This document shows positions 9,318 to 19,876 of a stretch of 64,000 nt of DNA, piece after piece. The stretch comes from an uncultured Verrucomicrobiae bacterium (GTDB lineage Bacteria; Verrucomicrobiota; Verrucomicrobiia; Chthoniobacterales; UBA10450). Within the stretch, counting starts at the first letter, position 1. Every line of letters starts with the position of its first letter. The notes below the pieces were generated by a model. It did no database searches. It saw only the letters and a list, made by a program, of their open reading frames with translations, and was not told the origin of the DNA. Location of the stretch: assembly GCA_963756875.1 (NCBI GenBank), contig CAVWPA010000002.1:64001-128000 (forward strand), read 5' to 3'. The translations under genes and the position numbers were made by a program.

Positions 9318-10745
9318 TCAAGCTTGAGCGGCAGCGCGGCGCCGTCGTCCGAGCACGAAAATGGTGACGCCGATCGCGTTCGCGACTGCGGTCACGCCTA
9401 TAATCTTGGCGCCGAAGATTAGCCGGCTGGGCACGTTGATGATCGGGTAGACCGTGAAAAAAATCGCGAGGAGGGAAACGCAGAACCCACAAATGGCTGC
9501 AAGCCGCAGCCACGGCCGCGCGCCGGATCGAATGGTTGCCGCGCCTGCGATGGGGATGGCGAAAAGAACGAGATAAACAATTCCGTAAAAAACATTCGCG
9601 GCGTTGTCGACCACCTGAAAGGCCTCCTGGATTCCGGCGCCGATCTGGCTGGCAATGGCGATGGTCAACGTTACGGCACCGACGAACAGGACCGAATTGA
9701 TCGGCGTTTTGTGTTGCGAATGTAAACGCGAGAACCAGTCGGGCAAAAGGTGGTCCCATCCGGCGACCATCGGCAACCGCGAACTGCCGGTGAGATGAAC
9801 GCTCGTGGCAGAGATGGTGCGCACGGTCATCATGATGATCCCAAATGATGCAATCGCGCCGGCGATCGGAAAGAAACGCAGCCCCAGTCGCAATGTCTGC
9901 GGCACCGGGCCGATGAGGTCGATCTGATTGTTTCCGACAAAAGCCAAAACCGAGCTGGTGCCGAGAATGAACATCAGCGCGATGATGGGAGAAGCGATCA
10001 TGACGGAACGGCCGATGTTGCGCGCGGGCGCATGCGCTTCGCCGGCGAGAATCGCGACGTACTCGAATCCACTGAGTGCGCCGACTCCCAGCTTGCTGAA
10101 GATGTTCAGGCAATAAAAGAGCGACACGGTTGGCGCGGCAATCTGGAGTGGGTGATATTCCTTCAGGTCCCCTCGCGCGAGACTAACGAACGGCAAAATA
10201 ATGAGCGCGCCATAGGCTAAAAACATGGCGAACGCGCCGATGTTGTGAAGCCATTTGCCTATCGACAAGCCGCGAATTGCCGTCCACGCAAGACCGGCCA
10301 CGAGCGCGCAGCTAATCAGCGAGACGCACCATTTGTTGTTCGGCATCCAGATCGCGCCCGGCCCGATCGCGTACGAGATATTCGTGGTTACAAACATTCC
10401 CCCCATCGCGATGACGGTGATCGAGAGCAACCAAAGATTCCACGCCACGATGAAGCCGGCGAAATCGTTGAAGCCTAGTTTCGCCCATTGGTATAGTCCG
10501 CCCTCCAGCGGCATCAGGCGGTTCAGATAGATGACCACGGCCGCCTGCGGGATGTAAAAGAGCAGAATCGCAAGCAGCCAGAAGAACAGATGTGACTCGC
10601 CCAGTTTGGCGGCGGTGCCGACCCAGCTGGAACCGACGACAAAGACGATCTGAGTAAAAACCAGGTCGCGCAGACCGAGCGGCTTCTTAAGAGCAACGCT
10701 ATGTTGCTCGATATCCCGCTCGGCGCGATCCAGGCCGCCGGTCAT
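9318..10745 (-). CDS. APC family amino acid permease
   Basis: About 12 TM segments, EGGLYQWAKLGF, GFEYVAILAGE, LPDWFSRLH..HKTP. Confidence 0.9.
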   Translation of the reverse strand: MTGGLDRAERDIEQHSVALKKPLGLRDLVFTQIVFVVGSSWVGTAAKLGESHLFFWLLAILLFYIPQAAVVIYLNRLMPLEGGLYQWAKLGFNDFAGFIVAWNLWLLSITVIAMGGMFVTTNISYAIGPGAIWMPNNKWCVSLISCALVAGLAWTAIRGLSIGKWLHNIGAFAMFLAYGALIILPFVSLARGDLKEYHPLQIAAPTVSLFYCLNIFSKLGVGALSGFEYVAILAGEAHAPARNIGRSVMIASPIIALMFILGTSSVLAFVGNNQIDLIGPVPQTLRLGLRFFPIAGAIASFGIIMMTVRTISATSVHLTGSSRLPMVAGWDHLLPDWFSRLHSQHKTPINSVLFVGAVTLTIAIASQIGAGIQEAFQVVDNAANVFYGIVYLVLFAIPIAGAATIRSGARPWLRLAAICGFCVSLLAIFFTVYPIINVPSRLIFGAKIIGVTAVANAIGVTIFVLGRRRRAAAQA

Positions 10746-10748
10746 GAG

Positions 10749-11300
10749 TTACACATGATTGACCCACGCAAAAAGCACGGTGCGAGGGCGCTGCAAACTC
10801 GAAGTGTCGTTGCTCTTTTTCGGTGGCGCCTCATGCCTGAATTCCGGATGACGAACACGGCCCCCCGCGTAAGCAATGTATCCCCCCACACCGACGACAA
10901 CGATGCCGAACAGAAGCACTGCGATCGCGAACAAGACTGCGGAGTTCGGCCATTTGATTGGCGCGAAGATCGCGGCTGCACTCAACAGGGCCAGCGCGTA
11001 GAAAAACCAGATTAAATGTTCGGCGCGTTCCTTGTGAGCGGACAACCAGGCGTCGCCCACGTTGTCGGCTCTTGAGTACATTACGTCGTATCCTTCTTCG
11101 CCGAATTTATACACCGGCAACGCCGAGGCGGCGCTGACCATCACAATCGCGAGCGCGACGATTTGTGCGGGCCGGCTGCGCAATGCAAGCGCGATGATCA
11201 GACCGAAGATTCCAACTCCCAGTCCGTAGATCGGCAGCGGATTGAGCAGCACATGGACATATTCCGGCTGCTGCAGGCTACGCAGGAAATGCCCGATCAT
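10749..11300 (-). CDS. Membrane protein, DUF2231-like
   Basis: Four TM segments, H..LNPLPI, H.ERA and GGRVRHPE patterns. Confidence 0.65.
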   Translation of the reverse strand: MIGHFLRSLQQPEYVHVLLNPLPIYGLGVGIFGLIIALALRSRPAQIVALAIVMVSAASALPVYKFGEEGYDVMYSRADNVGDAWLSAHKERAEHLIWFFYALALLSAAAIFAPIKWPNSAVLFAIAVLLFGIVVVGVGGYIAYAGGRVRHPEFRHEAPPKKSNDTSSLQRPRTVLFAWVNHV

Positions 11301-11301
11301 T

Positions 11302-12033
11302 TCAGGTTTTGGAGTTCTGGTTTTTCTGCGCGGAGGCTTTCAGCTTCTTCATATCGGATTTTGGCTTATCCGTGGCCCCCTTTGCTTCCGAAACCGGAAC
11401 GTATTTTTTCCAGTCGGCGGTGGTGAAATGCCACCACTCGATATGCAGCCCGTAGAAGTTGTTTCTCCCCATCGCCGCTTGAAGAAGAGCGAGATGATTC
11501 CTTATCACCGGGTCCTTTCCCTGATAATGCAACATGGCCGCCGGGGTGAACGAGTCGAACCCGGTCGGCATGCTTAGCTCCCGCCCCGAACCATCGACCA
11601 GGGTCGCATCGACCGAAACTCCCCAGGAATGGGTCGAACCGAAGCCGTTCCCGGGATCGGCCACGTAACCGCCCTTATGCGCCAGTTGCCAAAGCAAAAC
11701 CTGGGCTTCTTTCGGCCGGTAGGCATCCCAAATTTTGAGACCGTAGTGATATTCGCGAAGAAAATGCTCAGCCCCCGCCAATTGTTGAGCGACACTCGGA
11801 AGAATCAACGCTTGCATTCCGGGCGGATAGAGCGGGCGACCGGTAACGTTGTTCGGCGTGGCGTAACGCAAGTCGATGACGATCGATGGATCGACGGTTT
11901 TAATATCCACCAAATCGGGATCGGCGACGAGGTTCTGGGTCCCGACCGAGAGAAGGAACGCGCCGAGCGCAAGCGCGAAAGCGCGACGCGAGTTCGACCT
12001 GCGCGCATTGAGAAATGGAGTCATCGTGGCCAT
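11302..12033 (-). CDS. ddpX: D-alanyl-D-alanine dipeptidase (peptidase M15D, VanX/DdpX family), exported
   Basis: DLRYAT.NN.TG, IWDAYRP, STHSWGVSVD, MPTGFDSF, EWWHF; signal-like N-terminus. Confidence 0.9.
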   Translation of the reverse strand: MATMTPFLNARRSNSRRAFALALGAFLLSVGTQNLVADPDLVDIKTVDPSIVIDLRYATPNNVTGRPLYPPGMQALILPSVAQQLAGAEHFLREYHYGLKIWDAYRPKEAQVLLWQLAHKGGYVADPGNGFGSTHSWGVSVDATLVDGSGRELSMPTGFDSFTPAAMLHYQGKDPVIRNHLALLQAAMGRNNFYGLHIEWWHFTTADWKKYVPVSEAKGATDKPKSDMKKLKASAQKNQNSKT

Positions 12034-12076
12034 CTTAATTCAACCGGGTGGCAATCAAGCCTGAAAGCTTTCGGGG

Positions 12077-13948
12077 TCAATCGCCCGCTACCGTGGCGGG
12101 AGTGTCAGTCTTAGCAATGCGCTGGAGTAAAAGTCGAGCAGTATCCTCGGGAACATTCATGTGCAGTTCGAGATTTTCGCCCTGTTTGGTAACCTCCGGC
12201 GCCTTTTCGTAGAGCAAGAGATCGGAATCCTGCAGATGCAATATCCGCTGCGGTTCGTCGTGCAACCGGCGGGCTAACGCAGCGGCAGCGGCCGGCGATT
12301 TCATTTTCAAAAGCAGTCTTGCTTTGACCGGGTTTTGGAGGCTTAAAGCCAGTCCCAAAAGTTGCGAGCCGTCGAGCAACTCGGAAGTGAAAATTGGGTG
12401 AAAAACGCGCGCCAGATCGGGCGGATCCCGCGAAATTAAACGGAGCGCACTTTCGCGGTCGAGCGCCTGGAAGCGATCGAAAAGCTGACCGGTAATTTTG
12501 AGATCGCTTTGCAATCCAAGACGGACGCGGACCAGCTCATCAACCTCGGTCGCGGTTCCGACGGCCAGTGTCGTGGGGCCGACGCGGGCCAGTGCCAGGT
12601 CCGGCCGTTCCCACACCGCTAATCCACTGATTGTTCGACGCTGAAACGCGTTATCATGATCGACTGAGCGAACGACATGGGAAACGTCGCCGCGCGCTTC
12701 GACCAGGAAAAATTCGCGCACGACCCCGATGTCGTTGGTCGTAACGGCGCGCGTTATCCGCACTGTGTCATGTGCCAGATTCAAAACCGGGACCCGCACG
12801 GCGCTGCCGAGGAGGCCGTTCCAGACTTTCTGCCAGACATCCGGTTGTTCTTTCCGCCAGCGTTTGGGCAAGTCGTCGCGCTCGAACTGGTCTGTATTAA
12901 TTGAGAGGATGACGTCGGTTTCCTGCGGTAACCACTCGCGTTTCGCCGGAGATTGAAAGACGAGTGGAAGAATAATCGCGAGCAGCACAAGCACGGAGAA
13001 AATAACGAAATAAAATTGCCGCAGCTCCTGTTTGTCGATCTTGCTGGAAAGAAGCGCAAGCTCCGTAGTGTGCTCGAGATGCCGATCCACCGTTGTTCGA
13101 CGGTGTTGCACGTGTTCGAGCAGATGCGGCGCGTTGGGCGGCGCGATCCCTTGCGATGCGAGATGACGTCCAATGTTCAGGTAAGCCGGATTCTTGCGTT
13201 CTTCCACGACCTGATGATGGGCGCGTGACTCGCGAATCGCTTCCTGCTGGACGTGGATGTTATCGGTCAAACCACGATCGCGCGCTTCAAATTCTGTCCG
13301 GGTGCGTTCGATGTTCTTCTCGATGGCGGCGAGTTCTTCCTCGGCTGCGGCCAGTTTCTCCTTCGCCATCCGGGTGGCGTCGGCGCTTCCCATTCGCGCA
13401 CGAACCAATTCGGCGCGTTCCTCCGGCAAACGGGCGCGTTGTGCGGCGATGCCAGCCGTCTTCGATTCCAGATCGCCGGGCGGCGGCGCCTGGGCCTGAA
13501 GCTCGGACAGTCGTTTCAACAGATCGCGATCGGCGGTGTCGTTGTGACGGATCCGTTCTTCCACGGCGGCGAGTTCACGTTCGCAAAGTTCCGCCGCGCT
13601 CCTGGCATCGTTGCGACGCTGCAAAACCGGCTTTTTCTCGGCTTCCAACCTGGCGAGAGCTTCGTTTTGCTCCTGTCTGTTCTTCTCGCGTTGCTCTTCG
13701 ATTTTTTTGATTCCGTCCTCGATTTGCGCGATACGGAGCGCCACTTCTTTTTGCTCCTGCTCGAGTTTTTTAAGCGCGACAATCTCGTTGCGCAGCTCGG
13801 GAAAATTGGCGGCCTGGGAAGTGCCTTCGCGGCCGAGATTGATTTCACTCTTTTGCAGCAATCGCTTTTCATGCCGCAAAGCCATGCGAGTCCTTTGACG
13901 CCGGACCTTGAGTCCGATCTCCTGCAGCCCTGTGCGGATGAAGCTCAC
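12077..13948 (-). CDS. Hypothetical protein: long N-terminal coiled coil, one TM helix, C-terminal extracytoplasmic domain
   Basis: 623-aa ORF, E/K/R/Q-rich heptads for about 260 aa, TM FYFVIFSVLVLLAIILPLVF; lies 15 bp after acs. Confidence 0.8.
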   Translation of the reverse strand: MSFIRTGLQEIGLKVRRQRTRMALRHEKRLLQKSEINLGREGTSQAANFPELRNEIVALKKLEQEQKEVALRIAQIEDGIKKIEEQREKNRQEQNEALARLEAEKKPVLQRRNDARSAAELCERELAAVEERIRHNDTADRDLLKRLSELQAQAPPPGDLESKTAGIAAQRARLPEERAELVRARMGSADATRMAKEKLAAAEEELAAIEKNIERTRTEFEARDRGLTDNIHVQQEAIRESRAHHQVVEERKNPAYLNIGRHLASQGIAPPNAPHLLEHVQHRRTTVDRHLEHTTELALLSSKIDKQELRQFYFVIFSVLVLLAIILPLVFQSPAKREWLPQETDVILSINTDQFERDDLPKRWRKEQPDVWQKVWNGLLGSAVRVPVLNLAHDTVRITRAVTTNDIGVVREFFLVEARGDVSHVVRSVDHDNAFQRRTISGLAVWERPDLALARVGPTTLAVGTATEVDELVRVRLGLQSDLKITGQLFDRFQALDRESALRLISRDPPDLARVFHPIFTSELLDGSQLLGLALSLQNPVKARLLLKMKSPAAAAALARRLHDEPQRILHLQDSDLLLYEKAPEVTKQGENLELHMNVPEDTARLLLQRIAKTDTPATVAGD

Positions 13949-13963
13949 AGAATTAGTGGGAGC

Positions 13964-15910
13964 TTATTCGCCTGGCTCGGCCAGTTTCGCGAGCACGCTA
14001 AAGTCTTCTAGCGTTGTTGTGTCTCCAGTGACGCTTTCGCCAGCCGCGATTTCCTTGAGCAATCGTCGCATGATTTTGCCGCTGCGCGTTTTCGGCAGCG
14101 CTTCGGCAAAGCGGACTTCATCTGGTTTTGCGATTGCGCCGATGTGCGCCCCGACATGGTCGCGTAATTCGTTCTTGAGGCTCGGTGCGGGTATGACGCC
14201 ACTTTTCAGCGTGACAAATGCAACCACGCCCTGACCTTTGAGTTCATCCGGCCGCCCAACCACCGCCGCTTCCGCAACACGGGCATGACTCACAAGCGCG
14301 CTTTCGATTTCCGACGTGCCCAGACGATGTCCCGCCACGTTCAACACATCGTCGATGCGCCCGACTATCCAGAAATAACCGTCTTTGTCGCGTCTTGCGC
14401 CGTCCCCCGTGAGGTAGCTTCCCTTGAACTCGCTCCAGTACTGTTGCTTGTAGCGTTCGTTGTCACCATAGATGGTGCGGAGCATCGACGGCCACGGGCG
14501 CCGAATGATCAGCTTCCCCCCAATATTCGCCCGGACTTCGCGCCCTCTTTCATCGACAATCGCCGCGTCGACCCCAAAAAACGGCAGGGTTGCGCTGCCC
14601 GGTTTCGTCGGAATCGCGCCGGGCAATGGGGTAATCATGATTGCGCCCGTCTCTGTCTGCCACCACGTATCGACGATCGGGCAACGTTCCCGGCCGACGG
14701 TCTTGTGATACCAGATCCATGCCTCCGGATTGATCGGCTCGCCGACTGTCCCAAGCAATCGCAGCGAAGAAAGATCGTGCTTCGTAACCCAGCGATCTCC
14801 CCACCGGACGAACGCGCGGATAGCCGTCGGTGCTGTGTAAAAAATGTTGATGCGGTGTTGCTCGATGATTCGCCAAAAACGGTCCGGTTCCGGCCAGTTG
14901 GGCGCCCCTTCGTACATGAAAGTCGTGGCGCCGTTGGCCAGCGGTCCATACACAACGTAGCTGTGACCCGTCACCCAGCCGACATCGGCAGTGCACCAAA
15001 AAATATCTTCATCACGGAGGTCGAAAACGTATTTCGTCGAAGAATAAATGCCGACGAGATAACCACCGGTTGTGTGCAGAACTCCCTTCGGCTTTCCGGT
15101 CGACCCGCTGGTATAAAGAATGTAAAGCGGATGCTCGCTGTCGAGCGGCACCGGCGGACAATGGTCATCGACATATTCCAATTCGCGGTGCCACCAAACG
15201 TCGCGACCGCCTTCGATGTGGATTTCATTCCCGGCGCGGCGAAAAACGATCACCCGTTTGATGGACGTTTCACCCCGCAGCGCGTCGTCCACATGTTTTT
15301 TGAGCTGAACAATGGTGCCGCGACGAAAGCTCCCGTCCGCCGTGATGACGGCGACGGCGCCGCTGTCTGCGATGCGATCGCGAATACTGTCCGCGCTGAA
15401 GCCTGCAAAAACGACGGAGTGAACGGCGCCAATGCGCGCACAGGCAAGCATGGCGATCGCCGCCTCGGGAATCGTCGGCAGATAAATAATGACGCGGTCG
15501 CCCTTGTTAATCTTGTTCCGCTTCAGGACGTTGGCGAAGCGGCAGACTTCGCGGTGCAACTGCTGATAAGTCAGGGTGCGCCGTTCACCCGGCTCGCCTT
15601 CCCATAAAATAGCCGCCTTGTTGCGCCGGTGCGTGGTGAGGTGCCGGTCCAGGCAATTCTCGGAAACGTTCAGCTTTCCGCCGACAAACCATTTCGCAAA
15701 CGGCACCTTCCACTGCACAACCTTGCGCCACGGTTTTTGCCAGATCAGTTCGTGCGCCTCACGCGCCCAGAATTTCGCCGGCTGCTTGATCGATTCCCGA
15801 TACATCCGCCGATACTGAGCGATGTTCTTAATGCGCGCCCTTTCTGCAAAAGCCTTTGGCGGCCTGAAGACCCGCTTCTCTGTGAGGTGAGACTCGATCT
15901 GATCGTGCAT
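13964..15910 (-). CDS. acs: Acetyl-CoA synthetase
   Basis: [46 protein letters not shown]. Confidence 0.98.
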   Translation of the reverse strand: MHDQIESHLTEKRVFRPPKAFAERARIKNIAQYRRMYRESIKQPAKFWAREAHELIWQKPWRKVVQWKVPFAKWFVGGKLNVSENCLDRHLTTHRRNKAAILWEGEPGERRTLTYQQLHREVCRFANVLKRNKINKGDRVIIYLPTIPEAAIAMLACARIGAVHSVVFAGFSADSIRDRIADSGAVAVITADGSFRRGTIVQLKKHVDDALRGETSIKRVIVFRRAGNEIHIEGGRDVWWHRELEYVDDHCPPVPLDSEHPLYILYTSGSTGKPKGVLHTTGGYLVGIYSSTKYVFDLRDEDIFWCTADVGWVTGHSYVVYGPLANGATTFMYEGAPNWPEPDRFWRIIEQHRINIFYTAPTAIRAFVRWGDRWVTKHDLSSLRLLGTVGEPINPEAWIWYHKTVGRERCPIVDTWWQTETGAIMITPLPGAIPTKPGSATLPFFGVDAAIVDERGREVRANIGGKLIIRRPWPSMLRTIYGDNERYKQQYWSEFKGSYLTGDGARRDKDGYFWIVGRIDDVLNVAGHRLGTSEIESALVSHARVAEAAVVGRPDELKGQGVVAFVTLKSGVIPAPSLKNELRDHVGAHIGAIAKPDEVRFAEALPKTRSGKIMRRLLKEIAAGESVTGDTTTLEDFSVLAKLAEPGE

Positions 15911-16056
15911 GCGCAGTTTAATATGCCGAAGATTTTTTTAGGGCAAGCGCCGTTCAGTTGGAAACATTAAACCGCCCCGTCAATCACCGATCACCGACAG
16001 GCCGATATTTCGCTCATTTCGTTTGTGTTCTGCGCAAGGTGATCAAAGAATTCCAC

Positions 16057-16266
16057 ATGAGCGATCATATTTATAAAAAGATTGAGTTGGTTGGTTCGTC
16101 GCCGGACGGGATCGAAGATGCGGTGAAGAATGCGCTGGCCCGCGCGAAAAAAAGCGTGCGCAACATGCGCTGGTTCGAAGTGTCCGAAATGCGCGGCTAT
16201 ATTGAGGAAGGAAAGGTTGCCCACTGGCAGGTGTCTCTCAAAGTCGGCTTCACCCTGGAAAGCTAA
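16057..16266 (+). CDS. Dodecin (flavin-binding protein)
   Basis: [15 protein letters not shown]...A..NA..RA....R..RWFEV...RG......HWQV.LKVGF. Confidence 0.93.
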   Translation: MSDHIYKKIELVGSSPDGIEDAVKNALARAKKSVRNMRWFEVSEMRGYIEEGKVAHWQVSLKVGFTLES

Positions 16267-16320
16267 TAGCGGGATCCACATCCTGTCGACGAATCATGGG
16301 CTGAAATCCCATGCCACGAC

Positions 16321-16602
16321 TTATTCTTCCTCTTGGATCGCCTGGTAAAGCTTGGTCGCCCCGTAAATGAGGACCGCTGGTTTGAGCGCGAACAAAAGCA
16401 GGCGGAAAACCGCGGCTACGATCCGCCCGATCGGCAAACGGTTCAAAATCAACCCGGCAAAAAACGCGTAAATCAACGACTGCCCCGGGTTTTCGCGAAC
16501 GTAATTTCCTGTCTGGTCAAGCATCTCGCCGAAGTGCTCCCGGGTATAGCGCAGTCCGCGCTCGGCAAGGTCTTCAGGGTTTTCGGCAAATTGCTCGTCC
16601 AT
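16321..16602 (-). CDS. Small membrane-anchored protein, ElaB/YqjD/DUF883-like
   Basis: YVRENPGQSL..AF.AGL pattern followed by a hydrophobic C-terminal segment. Confidence 0.65.
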   Translation of the reverse strand: MDEQFAENPEDLAERGLRYTREHFGEMLDQTGNYVRENPGQSLIYAFFAGLILNRLPIGRIVAAVFRLLLFALKPAVLIYGATKLYQAIQEEE

Positions 16603-16639
16603 TGTGAATATTGATATATCGACCGCGCCGCCGGTTTGG

Positions 16640-17566
16640 TCAACGCAAAGTCAACCATATCGAGCTGGCGCCGCTGCCGGGCGGAAAGTCGACCGGCTTG
16701 GGTTGTCGATGCAATCTTCCAGCCCGGCCGATCTTCGTCAGACCACCGCGCGCCATCACTTCCAGGACGCGCTCGCGCATGGTCGCGCAATTGCTCGACA
16801 GCAAAATCCGCGCGTCTCGCTCCGCGACGGCCAGTGCGTCGCGCAAAAGTTCTTCAAAATCGGTTTCGATGTGGAACGCTTTTCCATGCCCGGCACGTGA
16901 AAACGTCGGCGGATCAAGAACGATCATGTCGAACTTCTCACCCCGGCGTGCCAATCGCCGCAAAACGGGGCGCACGTCATCGACGATAAAACGATGATCG
17001 GTTGTCGGCAGGCTGTTCAGCGCGAAATTTTCTCGTCCGCGCAGCAGCGATTTTTTTGATAGATCCACGCTGACGGTCGCCGCTCCCACGCAAGCGGCTA
17101 CGACGGAAAACGAGCAGGTGTATGCGAAACAGTTGAGAAGGCGCTTTGGCTCCACTGCACGGACGTACCTGCGGTTTTCGCGTTGATCGAGAAACAGGCC
17201 AACCGAGTAACCGGCGGTGAAATCGATGCCATATTTGAGGAACTGCTCGCTCGCGATGGTGCGCAAATTTTCAGCAGAGCCGCCAAAGAGCAGCCGCGGC
17301 GCAGCGCGCTCTTCATTCTTCCTCGGCAGGTGTCGCCCAAAGATTCGATCGAACCTGAACCCTGCTGCTTTGCTCCACAGATAAAGTTCCTGAATCAATT
17401 GGTCGCAGATGGCGGTCGTCTTAAATGAGACAAGAATGTCGCGCCCAAAACGTTCCACCCAGCCGCCATTTGCGGTACAGAGCCGGTGGGCGTCGGTGCC
17501 TTCGGCCTCGAGGGCACGCAGCATGGGTTGGTCGATCCACTCGAACTTCATTTTCATTCGCGACAA
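16640..17566 (-). CDS. Class I SAM-dependent rRNA methyltransferase (RlmI/RlmK-like)
   Basis: GLFLDQRENR, LNCFAYTCSFS, SVDLS, FDMIVLDPPTF. Confidence 0.9.
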   Translation of the reverse strand: MSRMKMKFEWIDQPMLRALEAEGTDAHRLCTANGGWVERFGRDILVSFKTTAICDQLIQELYLWSKAAGFRFDRIFGRHLPRKNEERAAPRLLFGGSAENLRTIASEQFLKYGIDFTAGYSVGLFLDQRENRRYVRAVEPKRLLNCFAYTCSFSVVAACVGAATVSVDLSKKSLLRGRENFALNSLPTTDHRFIVDDVRPVLRRLARRGEKFDMIVLDPPTFSRAGHGKAFHIETDFEELLRDALAVAERDARILLSSNCATMRERVLEVMARGGLTKIGRAGRLHRQPKPVDFPPGSGASSIWLTLR

Positions 17567-17687
17567 CAGATTTACCGCAAACCTGCGAAATAGGAAACGC
17601 GGAAGGAGCGGTTGCCGCTCGTATTGAACGCATTACACTGCTGCCGCGCCGCCATATCGCAGTGCGATTCTCAACTGCCGGTTTTTT

Positions 17688-18575
17688 ATGCAACAAGTCA
17701 CGGTTCGCATTCCCGCGAGCACATCCAACCTCGGACCCGGGTTCGATTGTCTCGGACTGGCCCTTCGAGTTTACAACGATTTAACCGTGACTCGGGGAGC
17801 TGCAGCGCGTCTGCCACCAATCGTTCGCCAGGCCGCCGATTTATTTTTTCGTCAAACGCGGAGGCGGCCATTTTCTTTTTCGTGCTCGGTGATTGAAAGA
17901 ATTCCACGGATGCGCGGACTGGGTAGCAGCGCGACCATTCGTGTGGGCGTCCTGCATGCGTTGAATGAACTCACAGGAAATCCACTCGATCGGTCGTCGA
18001 TCTTTAACTTAAGCGCGCGGCTTGAGGGACATCCCGATAATGCGGCGCCTGCGATCTTTGGCGGCTTCACAGTTGTTCACCGTTGCGCGCCCGATGGCCT
18101 CACATTTCAGCGTTTCGCGGTCGCGGCGAAATTGTACCTTGTTCTCGTGATCCCCGACCTTGAAGTTGCGACATCGGAAGCGCGAAAAATTCTGCCCGCG
18201 CAAATCGCACGTCTGGATGCGGTTGAAAGCTGTGCGAACGCCTGTGCGATCACTGCCGCCTTTGCATCGCGCAATTACGAGAATCTGCGGAAAAAGTTCG
18301 GCGATCGACTTCATCAGCCGTTTCGGCGAAAACTCGTTCCGTTTCTGCCTCGCGTGATTCGCGCCGCGGAAAAGGGGGGCGCGCTCGGAGCCTTCCTCAG
18401 CGGCAGCGGATCTGGCATTTGCGCGGTCACGTTGCGTGATCCGCAAGCGATCGCCGCTGCCATGCGACGCGCCACGAGGCCGATATCGTCTGCCATGGTT
18501 ATCACCACGGCAGACAACCGTGGAGCGCATATTCTGCGTTCCCGCCATCCGCAATCCGCAATCCGCAATCGTTGA
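17688..18575 (+). CDS. thrB: Homoserine kinase
   Basis: PASTSNLGPGFDCLGLAL, P.MRGLGSSA, EGHPDN, DRLHQPFR, LSGSG; C-terminal tail runs through a (CCGCAAT)n tract. Confidence 0.96.
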   Translation: MQQVTVRIPASTSNLGPGFDCLGLALRVYNDLTVTRGAAARLPPIVRQAADLFFRQTRRRPFSFSCSVIERIPRMRGLGSSATIRVGVLHALNELTGNPLDRSSIFNLSARLEGHPDNAAPAIFGGFTVVHRCAPDGLTFQRFAVAAKLYLVLVIPDLEVATSEARKILPAQIARLDAVESCANACAITAAFASRNYENLRKKFGDRLHQPFRRKLVPFLPRVIRAAEKGGALGAFLSGSGSGICAVTLRDPQAIAAAMRRATRPISSAMVITTADNRGAHILRSRHPQSAIRNR

Positions 18576-18576
18576 G

Positions 18577-19773
18577 ATGGGCAGCTTGATCGAAAATCTC
18601 GAGCAATTCGCGATCGACGTCATTCTCGGGCGCCGTCGCGGGCTGCGTGCGTCCATTCTGCGCGGAATTCTTTATGGACTGTCGTTTGTCTATGAGCGGA
18701 TCGTTCAGTTGCGCCTCTATTTTTACCGGAAAAGGATTTTCCGCGAGCGCACACTTGGTTGTCTTGTTATCAGCATTGGAAATTTGACTGTCGGTGGCAC
18801 GGGCAAAACGCCCGTGGTCGAGAAATTTGCCCGCGCTCTGCAAATGGGCGGCCGCCGCGTTGCAATCCTGAGCCGCGGTTACAAGAGTGTGCCCCAGCCA
18901 AGCAAGCGCAACTGGCTGGATCGGTTGTTCAGGGAAGATGTCAGCCCCCCGCGAGTAGTTTCCGATGGGAAATCGCTTTTGCTCGATTCGCTGACAGCCG
19001 GCGACGAGCCTTACATGCTCGCACACAGTTTACGCGATGTGATCGTGCTGGTGGACAAGGACCGCGTCAAAAGCGGAAGATTTGCCATCGACAAGTGGAA
19101 AGTCGACACGCTGCTTCTCGACGACGGTTTACAGTATCTGCATCTCAAGCATCGGCTGGATATCGTACTCGTGGATCGCCAAGCGCCTTTCGGGAACGAG
19201 TTTCTGCTGCCGCGCGGCACCTTGCGCGAGCCGCCACGCAATTTGCGGCGTGCCAGTTATATTTTCATCACGAAAAACACCGGCCAATCGAACGAGGCGC
19301 TCGTGCAGCGAATTCGCAAGTACAATCGCGTTGCGGAGATTATCGAGTGCGCACACAAGCCGCTTTATCTGGAAAATATCTATACCGGCGAACGATTGTC
19401 ACTGGAACGGCTGCGTGACACTTTCGTCGGCTCGATCTGTGGGATCGCCGCGCCCGACAGCTTCGAAGATGCTTTGAGAAAACTAGGCGCACGCGTCGAC
19501 CTGGCGAAGCGTTATATCGATCACCACAGATATAGTGAGGCGGAGCTGCAAAGCTTTATCAACCGGTGCATCCGCCGCGACCTGGAAATGATTGTGACCA
19601 CCGAAAAGGACGCCGTGCGGATGCCGCGTTTGCCGGAAGCGGACGTTAAAGTGCCGATGTATTTTCTTCGCGTCGAAATCGAAATCGTGAGCGGGCACGA
19701 GAGCTGGGAGCAATGCGTTGCCCGCATTTGCAAGCCGCAACCCGTACTCTCGCCCGAGAGATTTTTTGCCTGA
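18577..19773 (+). CDS. lpxK: Tetraacyldisaccharide 4'-kinase
   Basis: [50 protein letters not shown]. Confidence 0.96.
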   Translation: MGSLIENLEQFAIDVILGRRRGLRASILRGILYGLSFVYERIVQLRLYFYRKRIFRERTLGCLVISIGNLTVGGTGKTPVVEKFARALQMGGRRVAILSRGYKSVPQPSKRNWLDRLFREDVSPPRVVSDGKSLLLDSLTAGDEPYMLAHSLRDVIVLVDKDRVKSGRFAIDKWKVDTLLLDDGLQYLHLKHRLDIVLVDRQAPFGNEFLLPRGTLREPPRNLRRASYIFITKNTGQSNEALVQRIRKYNRVAEIIECAHKPLYLENIYTGERLSLERLRDTFVGSICGIAAPDSFEDALRKLGARVDLAKRYIDHHRYSEAELQSFINRCIRRDLEMIVTTEKDAVRMPRLPEADVKVPMYFLRVEIEIVSGHESWEQCVARICKPQPVLSPERFFA

Positions 19774-19781
19774 ACCGTTTC

Positions 19782-19861
19782 GCCACAGATGCACACAGAT
19801 AAAACACAGATTTAAAAAACGATTGGAATTTGATCTGTGAGAATCTGTGTCAATCTGTGGC
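19782..19861. repeat. Inverted array of ~10-mer tandem repeats (CACAGAT x3 / ATCTGTG x3)
   Basis: GCCACAGAT GCACACAGAT AAAACACAGAT ... ATCTGTGAGA ATCTGTGTCA ATCTGTGGC. Confidence 0.85.
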
Positions 19862-19876
19862 CAGGGATTTGGATCC

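Noticed and set aside
11302..12033. Vancomycin resistance locus
   Set aside because: A lone VanX/DdpX-family peptidase with no vanH, vanA, vanR or vanS.
14285..15607. Long antisense ORFs (also 56463..57998, 25385..26689, 44697..45713, 43325..44200)
   Set aside because: They lie opposite well-supported genes (acs, dnaE, TPR, aldehyde dehydrogenase, MFS), show no recognisable motifs, and are expected shadows of GC-rich codon usage.
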